Positions 23,701 to 35,235 of a DNA stretch of 59,378 nt are shown here, piece after piece. Location of the stretch: positions 1 through 59,378 of the forward strand of contig JBNGIO010005465.1 in NCBI GenBank assembly GCA_049999805.1, given 5' to 3'. The DNA is from Folioceros fuciformis (Eukaryota). Each line of letters starts with the position of its first letter. Positions within the stretch are counted from its first letter, which is position 1. The notes under the pieces were generated by a model that did not search any database, was not told where the DNA came from, and saw only the letters and a program-made list of their open reading frames with translations. A program made the translations under genes and the position numbers.

Positions 23701-24623
23701 CGTCGTTGAAACAGTTTGGACGCTGAAGGATCAACACCGCGGCGCGACAATTAGAGTCGCCGTGATCAGCGCCAGAGTTCTCGAAAGAACTGCGACGCTT
23801 CAGATCTTCACAACGATTGGATTCTAGAGGTAATTCGGCAGAGATTGTGCCACAACCTCTTGTGAAATCTTGCGCGCCATGATTTCCTTCAAGAGCGCCA
23901 GAATCCAAGCTTGCAGGTGAGCCAAGTAGCTAGTCTTGGCTTCAATTTGTAGCACATCCTCTGAAATTTGTCTTTGAGGATGTCCGCAAGATAGCTTGGA
24001 CCTTTCTCGAGAATGGAGAAAATCCACAAAGCACCAAAATTGGTGCTCGTGATAGAAAGATTGCTTCTTAGTCAGGCAATTTGGCTGCGCAAATAGTTGG
24101 AAGCAAGCCTTGTGGTTTTTCAATCTGAAAATTCGCTCGTAAGGAGGAGAATGCCATTGACTATATGCAGGTTTCGTAAACACGCGACACGTCATTTTCA
24201 ACTAAAATTGCATGATCTACTGTGTAGACAGATCGACGCAGCAGAGAATTGTGTTTGATGTCTTCTCTCTTACCCATATGTGTAGAGATTTTGATTTTGT
24301 AACGTAGATGAGTCTATATTGAGCACAGAAAACAGGAGCCATGCTTTTGTGCTAGCTACAAGGTAATGAGCCCAGTTAGATGTTTCAATCATAAGTGTCC
24401 AAAATTAAAAAAAACATCATAGGATCAAGGTAGACTCTAATCATGAGAAAAGACTCTAATAAATTGGATTAATTAATTCCGGACACACACGCTTATTTTA
24501 TACATGACATATGAAGAGTCGCGTCTCTTTATCTAACCTAACCTTATCCCGACTGCTAATATGCTTAGTTACGTTAAACCCCAACTAGTTAGGTTAAACC
24601 CTAAACTGGGGTTTATTCAAACA
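20770..24623 (-). mobile_element. Degenerate Ty1/copia element 2 (gag, protease, partial integrase, partial RT), internally deleted; putative 5' LTR 24279-24623
   Basis: gag FKERDHFNGTKFEVWRVRM, LLSSLPPSY; protease WYLDSGATSHIC; WHARLGH; VHTDISG, LRTDNGTKF; RT EEDIYIEQPEGF, IYGLKQ, LYVDD, KFDMKD, YGYADADF; LTR-like TGTTTGAATAAACCCC...CACA. Confidence 0.92.
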
Positions 24624-25410
24624 GATATGCCTCATAAATTCAAGAAGGTTCATTGGAAGTGTGTTAGATTTTTATTTCCCTCCCACTTTTGCTTAGTCTC
24701 GCACCTCCTTTTTGCAAAATCATGAAAATGAGCCTAGACTCATTCTTGCTAGTTGTTGTAATATGCTATAGCAGCCAAATGCATGCTCATTAATAAGACA
24801 GGTGAAATGCTAGAAGCATCTGACTATCATCCTAACGTATTGGACAATTGTTAGATCAGTGGGCCCTGCAACTACATGCCGAACCTCTCCTTGCCCTTGC
24901 ATAAGTATAACAGTGGTCAATGTCATGATCTAAGAGTCATGTTTTTTGTTACATTTGGCAGGCTTGGCAAAATGGTTCTATGTTAAGTAACAAAAGGTCA
25001 TAAAATGTTTGTACATAAGCTTGGCATTCTATAACAAACATGTGTAACAAGCTAGACCTTTATTATTAGGCTTGGCCATAAAAATGCTAAATGTGGGACA
25101 AAGGCTCATCACCACGATGGACCCTTGTTATGCTGTGCCGCTAAACATCGTACTCATGCATGGTTCATTAGTTAACAATACTCACACCACGTCACAGTAC
25201 ACACGTATTAAACATTACGTGATGGTGCTGTAGCTCTATAAGAGTGAAGCGTTTGCTTCCTCCAAACAGCACAAAATCTCCTCAACTTGCATCCACACTT
25301 CTCAAAGCTATAACTTGGCTTCACAAATCCTCGATTGGGTCACATGATCTTACGTGCTGCGCACACGCACATCTCAATCGGATTTCTAACAAGAGAATGC
25401 ACTTCCAAGA

Positions 25411-25570
25411 GGATGCACTCAAGAAAATGCTTCCTCAATAGAGAGTCTATTCCATAGAAAGCAAGAGAATACAAGCTTCCAACTGCAGCGGATGCACTCA
25501 AGAGAATGCTTCCTCAATAGAGAGTCTATTCCATAGAAAGCAAGAGAATACAAGCTTACAACTGCAGCGG
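25411..25570. repeat. Tandem duplication, ~79-bp unit x2
   Basis: ggatgcactcaaga(a/g)aatgcttcctcaatagagagtctattccatagaaagcaagagaatacaagctt occurs twice in tandem. Confidence 0.85.
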
Positions 25571-26130
25571 ACATCGCTGAGCTAAGCTTTTATGCCTGCT
25601 ACTTGAGACCTATTGAAGCCACATCCACACATCTAGTTGACTTTATATTATATTATATTTTCTAACAATCTTCTAATTTTCTAAATAGTTATTAATTACT
25701 ACTTATGCTCTTTATTTTATTAGTAGCACTTAATTATTAATAATTACTAGTTGCATGCATCTAAGCGATAGCACACGATCATCCTTGATATCCTTGAATC
25801 ACCATTGTTCTTTTTTATTCACCCAAGAGTTTGTTGCAATGAATGCAGGTTGGATCATGTTAGCTAGATGGTGGATAGGGTCACTCATGTTCCTTGGATG
25901 TTGGAAGTGCTAAGAAAGTGGAGTGGGACTTTCCACTTGCTTAGCATGCCTTTATGACAAAGTGGTGCAAAGAGTTTTTGAGACCTTGTTGTTTAGGGCT
26001 TTAAGCTTGTTCTTTTGGTCGTTGGATTGTGAACTTCCCCTTGCTTCATGCCTTTGCCTGCCCTTGTCATTCCACCTCTAGACAATGCTTCTTTGTATAA
26101 CTTGTTGTATAGAGAGGGTTCAATTGTTGC

Positions 26131-26290
26131 ATTAAAACAAACATCATAAACCACACCATATTTTTTACAAACACCAGAAACCACACCATATTTTTTACAA
26201 ACACTAAAAACCACATCATATTTTTTAGAAACACCAGAAACCAGACTATATTCTTTACAAACACCGGAAACCACCCCATATTTTTTACAT
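26131..26290. repeat. Minisatellite, 30-bp unit x~5
   Basis: ttttttacaaacaccagaaaccacaccata repeated with variants. Confidence 0.9.
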
Positions 26291-26782
26291 CACATGGTGG
26301 AAAACACTTGATACTTTTTCCTCTTTTCCATATTATATCTCAACTAACTAGCTAAGTTGAGGGTTAGGATTTTACACATAATTCCAAGGATTTGGGCCTA
26401 ATCCCAGAACAATCTTACATCAAATTGTAGGAGCAACTTATCGCCTAGCTTTTTACAAATAGCCCCCTGACGAGAACATCTATTTGAGCCCAATTCTTTA
26501 AGCTACAAAAGAATTGGCCAGCAAAAGAGAAGATAGCCTTTTTCGACTGTATTGTATACTAATATCATTGTATTGTATTATATTGTCGGCATTCAAGGTG
26601 TGATCGGAAAGCTCTCAAGGTGGTAGGGTCGCAATGTTGTACCCTGCACCTACCAAACCGAGCATGGGAGCGAGAGGCCTTACAAACTACAGCCAACCAA
26701 AGCATGGGCGGCATAAGCCTATGAATGGCACTCACCTTGGAGGAGGTCACGATTTCCAAAGCACTAACTAATATGGTGGCAA

Positions 26783-27319
26783 ATGAGACACTATGCAGCT
26801 CCAGAAATACCTGAGCAGGACCTGACCATTCGTCCCACCAATTTTGAGGAGCTGACGTTGCTCCTAATGGACATGGAGAGACATCGTGAGAAGTATCCGA
26901 TTGACAACTTTCCTTCTAACCACAATGAGCTGTATGAATCTCTGAGCCATGGCCTGCAAAACGTGCTGGGGATATGGCCGGCGTTACTGCCAACACAGAT
27001 TGATGCATCATTCCTGGTGCATCAGCATTTCGATGGTTGGCTCTTGGACCAACTTGCTTTTCACGACTACGGGGAAGGAAAGGACGAGGCTCCTGCCGAC
27101 AAGGAGGACTTGAAGAGGTGGCTGGTTTTCTTCCACGAGCTGGAAGCTAACAGATATGCTCTTGGCTGGCTGGCTTTCTTCCACGAGCCCAAAGCTTATA
27201 GATACTGTTTGTGGTTGGCTGGCCTAACAAATCGTTTTACAGGCTGTGCAAGTTTTCTGGGACCCTGGAGAGTTGGTGGGAGGGACAGGGTGCCTCACAT
27301 TTGCGAGAGAGGGTTTTAG
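26783..27319 (+). CDS. Hypothetical protein or relic (178 aa), no recognised family
   Basis: ATG-initiated ORF with globular-looking composition and an internal repeat WLVFFHELEANRY / WLAFFHEPKAYRY. Confidence 0.35.
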   Translation: MRHYAAPEIPEQDLTIRPTNFEELTLLLMDMERHREKYPIDNFPSNHNELYESLSHGLQNVLGIWPALLPTQIDASFLVHQHFDGWLLDQLAFHDYGEGKDEAPADKEDLKRWLVFFHELEANRYALGWLAFFHEPKAYRYCLWLAGLTNRFTGCASFLGPWRVGGRDRVPHICERGF

Positions 27320-27857
27320 TGGAAATGGAGTTCCAAACCCACCTTCTCGCTAGGGATAGTATGTACAGTACTCCTCATCTAGTTAGGGGTTCGATGCTAT
27401 GTTCACATTTGCGAGCAACGGCAGGGTTTAGACGAATTGTCGTTAGTTAGTACCTTGGACAGATCGCACGGGCAGTTTCTCTTGAGTAGGCAGCTATCCA
27501 TTTAGGGTGCTGCCACCAGACTGTTTGGTGCATGGACGTAGACTAGCTCGCGGAAGGAGTTCGGGATTGCAGATCCCGCAGGCACAGGCTTATCTTATAA
27601 GGACTGGTTCTTGCCGTCGGCGTTGGTGGGCTCGGATGCTGGGAATTGTATGTCCGCGGCACCCGCATCGCTGGCGCCCGGTTGGAAGCAGCCCCGTAGC
27701 AGTAACAGCAAATGCAGTCGTGAGTCTTGGGATGCAGCTCTTCTTGCCTTGCCCTGCCCTGGCTCTGGGAGTCCCGTAACCGTGTTAGGCCCAGGCATGA
27801 GTGCATGAAGCTGCTGAGAGTGGGACGCGCGGTGGTGTGACCTGACCTGCGGGAGGC

Positions 27858-28541
27858 ATGGCGAGAGGGACGAATGGGGATGATGTCAGCGACAATCAGC
27901 TGGCCGGGGGCAAGGGAAAGGTGCCGGGCTGGGCGGAGACTGTGGATCGGCTCCTGGATGCTTCCCCGCGCTACAGCGCTGCCTTGCGGGCCGCCTTTCT
28001 GCACTTTCAGTTGCCGCACCCGGTGAGCCTGCTGCCTCCGCAGCGACTCCTTCCCGCACTGGAATACTTCCTGCAGGTGCGTGTGGAAGAAGTCTGGTGT
28101 AGTGCTTGCTTCCCAGCTGCCGATACCGATGCCCATCCCTGGCCTGACGTGTTGTCTCTGTGTCGTCCGTTTTTTGTGCGTGTGTGTCAGAAAATTTCTC
28201 AAGAACTGGACCCTAAGGCAGGGAAACTCTGCTTGAGGCCTGTCACTCAGGAGGACATCGATGCCGCGTTACGGCTGGAGGATTGCGCTGCGCTTGAGCG
28301 GCCGATCACCATTGGCCAGTTTGACAGGATTGCAAGGAACATACTGAAGCGAGTGGCGTTGGACAGAGGAAAGCGCCTTGGCTTGTTCATGTTGGGAGGT
28401 ATCTTGGTGGTGCACGTGACAAAAGGCGCGGTCAAGAAGATTCCGTTTATTGGACCTCCGATTGGTGCCTTCGTCAACATCCTGGCACCTACAATTGTCG
28501 CAGGCCCCGCTGTGGGAGTTGCGGGAGCGATGTACTTGTAG
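27858..28541 (+). CDS. Uncharacterised protein, degenerate EF-hand-like core with hydrophobic C-terminus; probable in-frame intron 28077-28190
   Basis: GC-rich coding style; PVTQEDIDAAL...ITIGQFDRIARNILKRVA followed by hydrophobic segments and KGAVKKIPFIG, resembling the small plant 'calcium-binding EF-hand' membrane family; CAG|GTGCGT ... CCTGAC ... TGTCAG| splice signals. Confidence 0.65.
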   Translation: MARGTNGDDVSDNQLAGGKGKVPGWAETVDRLLDASPRYSAALRAAFLHFQLPHPVSLLPPQRLLPALEYFLQVRVEEVWCSACFPAADTDAHPWPDVLSLCRPFFVRVCQKISQELDPKAGKLCLRPVTQEDIDAALRLEDCAALERPITIGQFDRIARNILKRVALDRGKRLGLFMLGGILVVHVTKGAVKKIPFIGPPIGAFVNILAPTIVAGPAVGVAGAMYL

Positions 28542-28775
28542 GGATGCATGGACGCATTCCCAAGAAGAGCTTTATTTTGCAAGGGTTGGGTCCTTCGGTC
28601 ATTCAAATGACCATAGAGCTTTGGCTGAAGAGTTGAGACATCTGTATCATACTGATCCGTTCTGTCGCACAGCCTCTAGGAATTTGTGTACAGTACAGAC
28701 AGCACAATGGTTATGGACCTTAGAAAAGTCTGCGGTTATGTGGATTAGTACGGGACGGTAAAATCTACCAGGGAT

Positions 28776-29414
28776 CTATCGGCATGAGTTAGGCATTGAG
28801 GTAGCTGCCGTGGTGTCCTGCCAAGGAGCCAGGAGCTGGCAAACCACTTCCGCGGGCGCCCTGAACGCCAACTCCAATTCCAGGCTGGGGATTCCGGATG
28901 CGAGGAGCCCTCTGGACAGAGATACTGTGCCGGGATTTGAGCTGCTGTAGGCTGCGATGGATGTGGCCACTTTGGTGGACAAGTTGATGTGGTAATGCAT
29001 CAAGCCCTTGGGAAACACGAAGACGTCGCCCTGTTGCAAAGTCTGAGTGTAGAGTTTACCGCCCGTGTCCACCAGTCCGACGTTTATGGTACCGTCAATG
29101 AGATACAAAAGCTCCGTGCCGCGGGGATGTATGTGTACAGGATCTGTGTTGTTGGGGAAGTATTGCAACATCGTATACGAGACCCCGAGACCCTTTAAAG
29201 CCGGAAAGACGTGGTCATTTCCCTTGGAGAAATTGAAAGTACCGTCGGCAGCTTGAAAATTGCGGAAGCCTGTGAAGGTGAAGTAGTTGCCGTCCACCTC
29301 CAAGTCCGGTGGCACTTCGAAATCAGTCGTAAGCTCGGGGTCGGATGCTTCCACCGCACGCAAGAGTGTCACCAAACTCAAACTCGCTGCCACACCGGTC
29401 CAAAATCGCCACAT
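28776..29414 (-). CDS. Germin-like protein (cupin_1), secreted, 212 aa
   Basis: Signal peptide; germin box 1 PVHIHPRGTELL and box 2 GDVFVFPKGLMHYHIN with metal ligands H,H,E,H intact. Confidence 0.93.
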   Translation of the reverse strand: MWRFWTGVAASLSLVTLLRAVEASDPELTTDFEVPPDLEVDGNYFTFTGFRNFQAADGTFNFSKGNDHVFPALKGLGVSYTMLQYFPNNTDPVHIHPRGTELLYLIDGTINVGLVDTGGKLYTQTLQQGDVFVFPKGLMHYHINLSTKVATSIAAYSSSNPGTVSLSRGLLASGIPSLELELAFRAPAEVVCQLLAPWQDTTAATSMPNSCR

Positions 29415-30662
29415 TGTTCTTGCTGCGTGCCTTAATACTCAATCTAAAATTTCAACAAGTGTCGGCTTCAAACTTACTGATCCTCGCGATGCGATTGAGG
29501 TGAAGCGACAAGCGCGAAGACGGAAATTGGTTGGGAGCGAAACGATCCTTGTCCCCACTTATCGTCAAAGGTTGACGATCTGTGAAGGTTGAACTGTGCA
29601 TTTAAGGTAGCTGTGCCGTGAGACCTTCAGCGTCTTTGAGCTCTGGCACTTCGCGTGTGCAGTAGGCAGTCGTGATTTCCAACCTCACACCCAGATTATG
29701 ACCTCATGATACCCAGCTCAACCGTGCCGTTCGTCCTTATTTCCAAGCCCACACGCAGGTCATGACTTGATGATAGGCAGCTCAACAATTCGACTCATAA
29801 TACACCATCACTTTTGGCATTGCCGTGTCAGACTAACGGTTGTTTGTCCACGATCGTTTGGTGCAAAAAATGTGTTTCGTACTTGGCGAAGGGAGAGCGG
29901 CCTTGGCCTTTTCAGACTATCCCGTATGGACCAGCCAGGGCCTGTCTATCACCAATCCAACATTCCGGAGAGGACTATCTCGAATAAGATTCCTCCATCT
30001 CCTTCTTCGAGAGAACACCAAGTGTTGGCCACATCGGCATGACGTAAGTGCTCAAATGAGTATGCCTCATTTCTTCATTGTTCACCAAATTAGGTCACGG
30101 AAACTTGTCTCGATGGTGTTTATAGGCAGCCAATAGAAACTTGTCTTATGGTGTTTATAGGCAGCCAATAGAAACTTGTCTTGATGGTGTTCATAGGCAA
30201 TTGTTTATCATATTAGGTTGCAAAAATTTCTCTTAATGGTGTTTACAGGCATTCAAGACTTGTCCCCAAGAGTATGCCTCCCTTCTTTATTGTTCACGAA
30301 ATTAGGTTTCTTAATGGTATTCGTAGGCAACCAACATGACTATCCCCAATCTAGTTGGGCTCCTTGCTTTAGCTTTCACATCAAAATGAAAGGACATGTT
30401 GCTGAAGAGAAACTTGAAGACTTTAAAGAAAAAAAAAACTGGAAGTTCCATCTACCCCGTGACGAGGAGAACACTTGTCACAGGAACAACCCCAATAGGG
30501 AATGGGGGCCTAACCCCCTGTTGCATAAGTAGGTTGTCCATTGTTTGTTGCCTACAAGTCAAACATAACACAATTCTTGTAAAAAGGTTCCACTTGAGCT
30601 CCAGGATCTTGTATATCTTCCGGCCACTACAAGTTTTCACATTCAACTTTGTGATCAACGTG

Positions 30663-30807
30663 CTCCAAGCTTCATCCAGGACGTCAACCATCTCCAAGCT
30701 TCATCCAGGACGTCAACCACCTCCAAGCTTCATCCAGGACGTCAACCATCTCCAAGCTTCATCCAAGACGTCAACCATCTCTAAGCTTCATCCAGGACGT
30801 CAACCAT
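30663..30807. repeat. Minisatellite, 29-bp unit x5
   Basis: ctccaagcttcatccaggacgtcaaccat repeated head-to-tail. Confidence 0.92.
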
Positions 30808-31995
30808 CACTGCCTCTTTACCATCTCCATTCTTCTCACTCGGAGCCATCCTCCCTTTTTGGTCTTCCATAGACCTTCCAAATGTGTTGACTATCCATCC
30901 CTTCGGATCTTTTTAAGTCTTCCATAAACCTTCCGAATGTACTGGACAATTCACCCCTTCAAATCTTTTCTGGTCTTCCAAAGAACATTCTAAACGTGCT
31001 AGACAATCCACCCCCTTTGAATCTCTCCATAAACCTTCCAAATGTGCTGGACAATCCAGTTCTTTGAATCCATCTTCACATTTCTGCTGTCTAATTTCTC
31101 CACTCTCCTTTTTGCGAGTTGGAGTTGCTTCTAATAGGACTCCACTATCCCCATTGCTTTGTGTAAGTGTATACAAATAGAAATTAATTAATTAATAATT
31201 TATATTACTTGGTAAATTTAATGATAAATAATACAATCAAAATACTTTTTTTTAAGAACCATAAAGTCAATAGGAGAGAACTAGATGTGTGGATGTGGCA
31301 GTTGAGTAGGGCAACAACATTATGGCAATAGCAATAGGAAGCCAAGAGCACCAAAAATTGGAGGAGAGCACTAGCAAGCAAGTGTAAGAGGAACACCAAC
31401 AAGCAACGGTCAGGGAGGGTTGAATATACCTTTAATTAGGTATTTATGCATTAGATTATACCTTTACTATTAGTTAAGTTTATTTATTCTAGGTTTGGCG
31501 GTGATTATAACTACCAACCAAAATACACACTTTATGTAAACTTGATTTAGGTTTTCAACGAATGTCTTTTTGTATTGTCCAATTTCTCTAGCGATCTAGC
31601 ATCTTGCATTCTAGATCCGGAATAGGGAGCACCAACATTATACAGCTTGAGAAATGTTTTTGAGCTAACATGAAGGCATTGACTACATATGTAGGACAAC
31701 AAGCAATGGCTACATGCTAGTAACCATGAGCTTAACCTCTCACCTTGCCCCTCCTTACTTCCATCCCTTGATATCACTATTGTACACTATAAGAACCTTA
31801 TAGAACGCGGTCAAAGGAACCTCAATCCATTCACGATGGTTACTGACATTCAAAGGCTCTTACCAATATACATACATTGTTGCCACCTATAGCACCAACA
31901 TTGAAAGCACCACCCTCGACCAACACTTGCAAAGGGGCAACAATAGAAGTAGCAGGGCAAAGGCAATAGGAAATCAGTAGTTGGGATACTTATGT

Positions 31996-32075
31996 TGGGA
32001 TACTTATGATCACGAACTTACATGGGATACTTATGATCACGAACTTACATGGGATACTTATGATCACAAACTTAC
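31996..32075. repeat. Tandem repeat, 27-bp unit x3
   Basis: tgggatacttatgatcacgaacttaca repeated. Confidence 0.88.
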
Positions 32076-34259
32076 CCTCCCGTCCTCCAATTCTTTCTTT
32101 TTGAATATTTCCTACAACACCATCTACTCTAGTGTACACAATTCAATGCTTGTGGCTAATTTACCACAACCATCCATAATATCATAGGCATTAATGTAGC
32201 TTAATTTTAATGATTGTTATGATATATATGAAACTAATTCAATCTTAATTAATTATAATGTATTGAATCTAGAGAGATCAAATGAACTAAAGCATGCTTA
32301 AAATACTAAAGAGAGCTCCCAAGCATGCTTCTAACAATAAAGTAAGCATTAAAGTATGTTTACAACTCTCAAGCTAAGCACCTAAACATGCTTATACCTC
32401 TCTCTCGAGACTTGCTAATGATTGATAAAGAAGGTCTCAACAGAATTGTAGCATGGGTAAGAACATGCGAAGAGTTAATTGGCAAGAGGCCTATAGGGTG
32501 ACGAGGACCCTATCTCAAAGGGAAAGTGGATAAAAGGTTGAACAAGTACAGACTAAGGCCTCGATGCAAAATCTTGAAAGAACTTGGAAGGCTTACCTAT
32601 TGGACAACCACACGTCATAGAGCAAGTTAGAAGACCTAGCTAAATAGGTGCTTACCTTGACCCTATCAAAGGATAACTAACAAAAAGAGGCAAAAGCTTG
32701 CAAGAGGGAACTTGCTAGGGCTGAGAATGAGAGACAAGCTACAAAAGAATGGTTGTATGAGAACAAATTACTCTTACAAAGTATACAAGAAATTTAAAAC
32801 TTATGGAGGCACGAGAAGCAAAAGATTGAGAACTCTAATATGAATAGAATGAGAACTTCTATGAGACACAAGGGAGGGGACAAAGAAGGGCACAATCCCT
32901 TTTGGAAGAAGTTCGGTGTGAAGGAGTTCAATATGAGCCTAATATGAAACAAATCTTCATTGAATATTAGTGGTAAGAACACAATGGTTTTAGGCCGATT
33001 CTGTATTGCAAATGGGATTGGCTAGCCAATATAATATCTTACAAGAAAAAAATATTTCCCTATGTCTCCAAATCGGACAACTGAAGATAAAGTGAGTCTC
33101 TTATAAGAGTAAGTGCAAGAATGGGAATTGGCTTGCCAATTTGGATGACATGGACTTGGTGCAACAAGGTAGGAGTGTCCAATATCATCACAAAATCCTC
33201 ATGATTCACAAGGCATTAGTGGCAATTGCAAGGGGTCTGAATTCTAGGCCCTCAAGTTGACAATTGGGCACCACTATCAACCATGAAACCCACTTCTACA
33301 AACTATAAGGAAAATAGTGGGATGGATTTGAAGACTTGGATTGAGAAGAGCTACCCAATGAAAAGGAACAATTATGGGTTGCACAAATCATTAAGTAAAA
33401 ACATTTGGGAGTCACATGCATGTATTCTCTACATCTCTAGGCTTGATGTACCATGGCCCATCCTAAATACCTCTTAGAAACCCATAACACAATTTTTGCT
33501 AGTGCTATACTCATTTTTCAATATACTTCATCGTATGTTGACTTCCTTTTCATGGGTTTAACATAAACAAGAGAAATTTGCAAGGGGGGACTAAAGTACC
33601 CCCCAACTATGAGGGGTGGACCTCTTTGATGGAATTCTGCACCGGCTGACACGTACATTTTTAGGTGATTTCAAAACACGAACATCATGTGAGGGTATCC
33701 ACCAGTGGAAAAATGCAAGGTAAATGCCTCCGGCACAAATGGAGCATGGTATGGGCCGCCAACTAGCTGACGCTCATACAGTATTCATAGGCTATTTAGG
33801 GTGAAGTATGCCAGTGAGAGGATCACAAAGGCAATATAGTGTTAGTGGAGCATTTGACAACCGTGCTAGGCACGGCCTATCCTCACATGGGCCTCATGGC
33901 AACAAAGTTGATGACAGGGCACCTTCAGTCGAAAGAACCTTCATAGATGATGTAGACGACGAGCCATTTAGACGAGCCCCCCTTGGATCATATCAAGGCA
34001 AGCCAATGAGTGAGAGTCTAAAGGAGATGCCTCATCACACAGGCCTGCATCAACATAGATGCAGTAGTGGCATTCTATGACACAAAAGCGAAGGGATAGC
34101 GATTACTCTGGACTTCAAAAAATATTGTTGCAATCGAATGTGCATGATGGGGTTGACGAAGGAAACATTTCAAGAGTAGAGGTACAGATTCCTCAGGATG
34201 TGCTGGCAAGAGTAAGAGACATTTATAGAATCTTTGCTGAAAGTAGAAACAGCCCACGG

Positions 34260-35235
34260 CGAGCCTTTTAAGGTCAACACCCATCTGAGAGGACATGAGC
34301 CTATACAATGCTGCTTACGGGCTTTTCAACAAGTGTATTGCTTTGGTCACAAGAGGTACGAGGAGCTGAAGGGTCAAGTTTCTCCACAACGCACCCTTGG
34401 ATAATGTTAGAAGTAATCTGGCTCGTAGTGGGCCGGTAAGTGAGAATGCCATAGCCTAGATGGACAATGATTTCTTGGTATTGGCAGAAAGGCTACCAAA
34501 TGCGGAAGTATACAATTTACCAGACGCGTATACAAAACTAGAGATATGGAGCTAGTATATAAGGCACAAATTCCTTGTATAACTTACCAATGGTTCTTGA
34601 CGTTGTGGAAGGTGAACTCTAGTCTAGTGAAGATTCCAAAGTCAAACCGCTTCTCCACTTGTGGCTTGAAGGCGACAATTAAGAACACCCAGTTGAAGGT
34701 CGAACAAGGTGAGCGACACAACATGTGCTCCAAATTTCTTCCATCTATTGTATTGTCGTCTTGCAAGGAATGGCCGGGCGTACAGCAAACAAAGTGTGCA
34801 CTTCATATTGAGCTAACATGTACCCCCATAAGTATATGTTACTAGCCATTGATGGTATGGATCAGAAGAAGACAAAACTACCCCATTTTTTATAGTGGCC
34901 AAAAAACATGAGTGAGGACAGCCGCATTTCAATCCATGTTGTTGGGTGTATGGTCCACAACTTCGTGTTGAAGGCAAAGGCGTTCCTACATTTTGCAAAC
35001 TTACACAATGATGCGAATGTGACTGTATGCGTCATACAAAATGTTATCCATAGTTATGAAGGCATCTTGCCAAAGGTTCTCTTCTCGCAAATGGATAACA
35101 CTTGCCGAGAGAACAAAAATCAATTATTGTTTGCGTACCTTAATATGCTTGTGGACATGGGCACTTTCGACAAGATAAAGGTCGGATTTCTATTGATCGG
35201 GCACACACATGACTAGGTTGACCAGATGTTCTCTT
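34260..35235 (+). mobile_element. Degenerate DDD-type DNA transposase, Sola-like
   Basis: KIPKSNRFSTC; LAIDGMDQKKTKLPHF; HNDANVTV; LPKVLFSQMDNTCRENKNQLLFAYL; VGFLLIGHTHD*VDQMFS; frameshifts and stops. Confidence 0.75.

Noticed and set aside
24361-24375. GGTAATGAGCCCAG resembling a half-tRNA-iMet copia PBS
   Set aside because: On the strand opposite to the element and inside the putative LTR; probably chance
27543-28202. 219-aa minus-strand ORF
   Set aside because: Antisense to the 27858 gene and its leader; low-information composition
30663-30807. 29-bp repeats resembling a CRISPR array
   Set aside because: Head-to-tail with no unique spacers, eukaryotic context and no cas genes; a minisatellite
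32400-33480. Possible retroelement gag remnant (coiled-coil-like and MDLKTWIEK segments)
   Set aside because: Too decayed to assign a diagnostic motif
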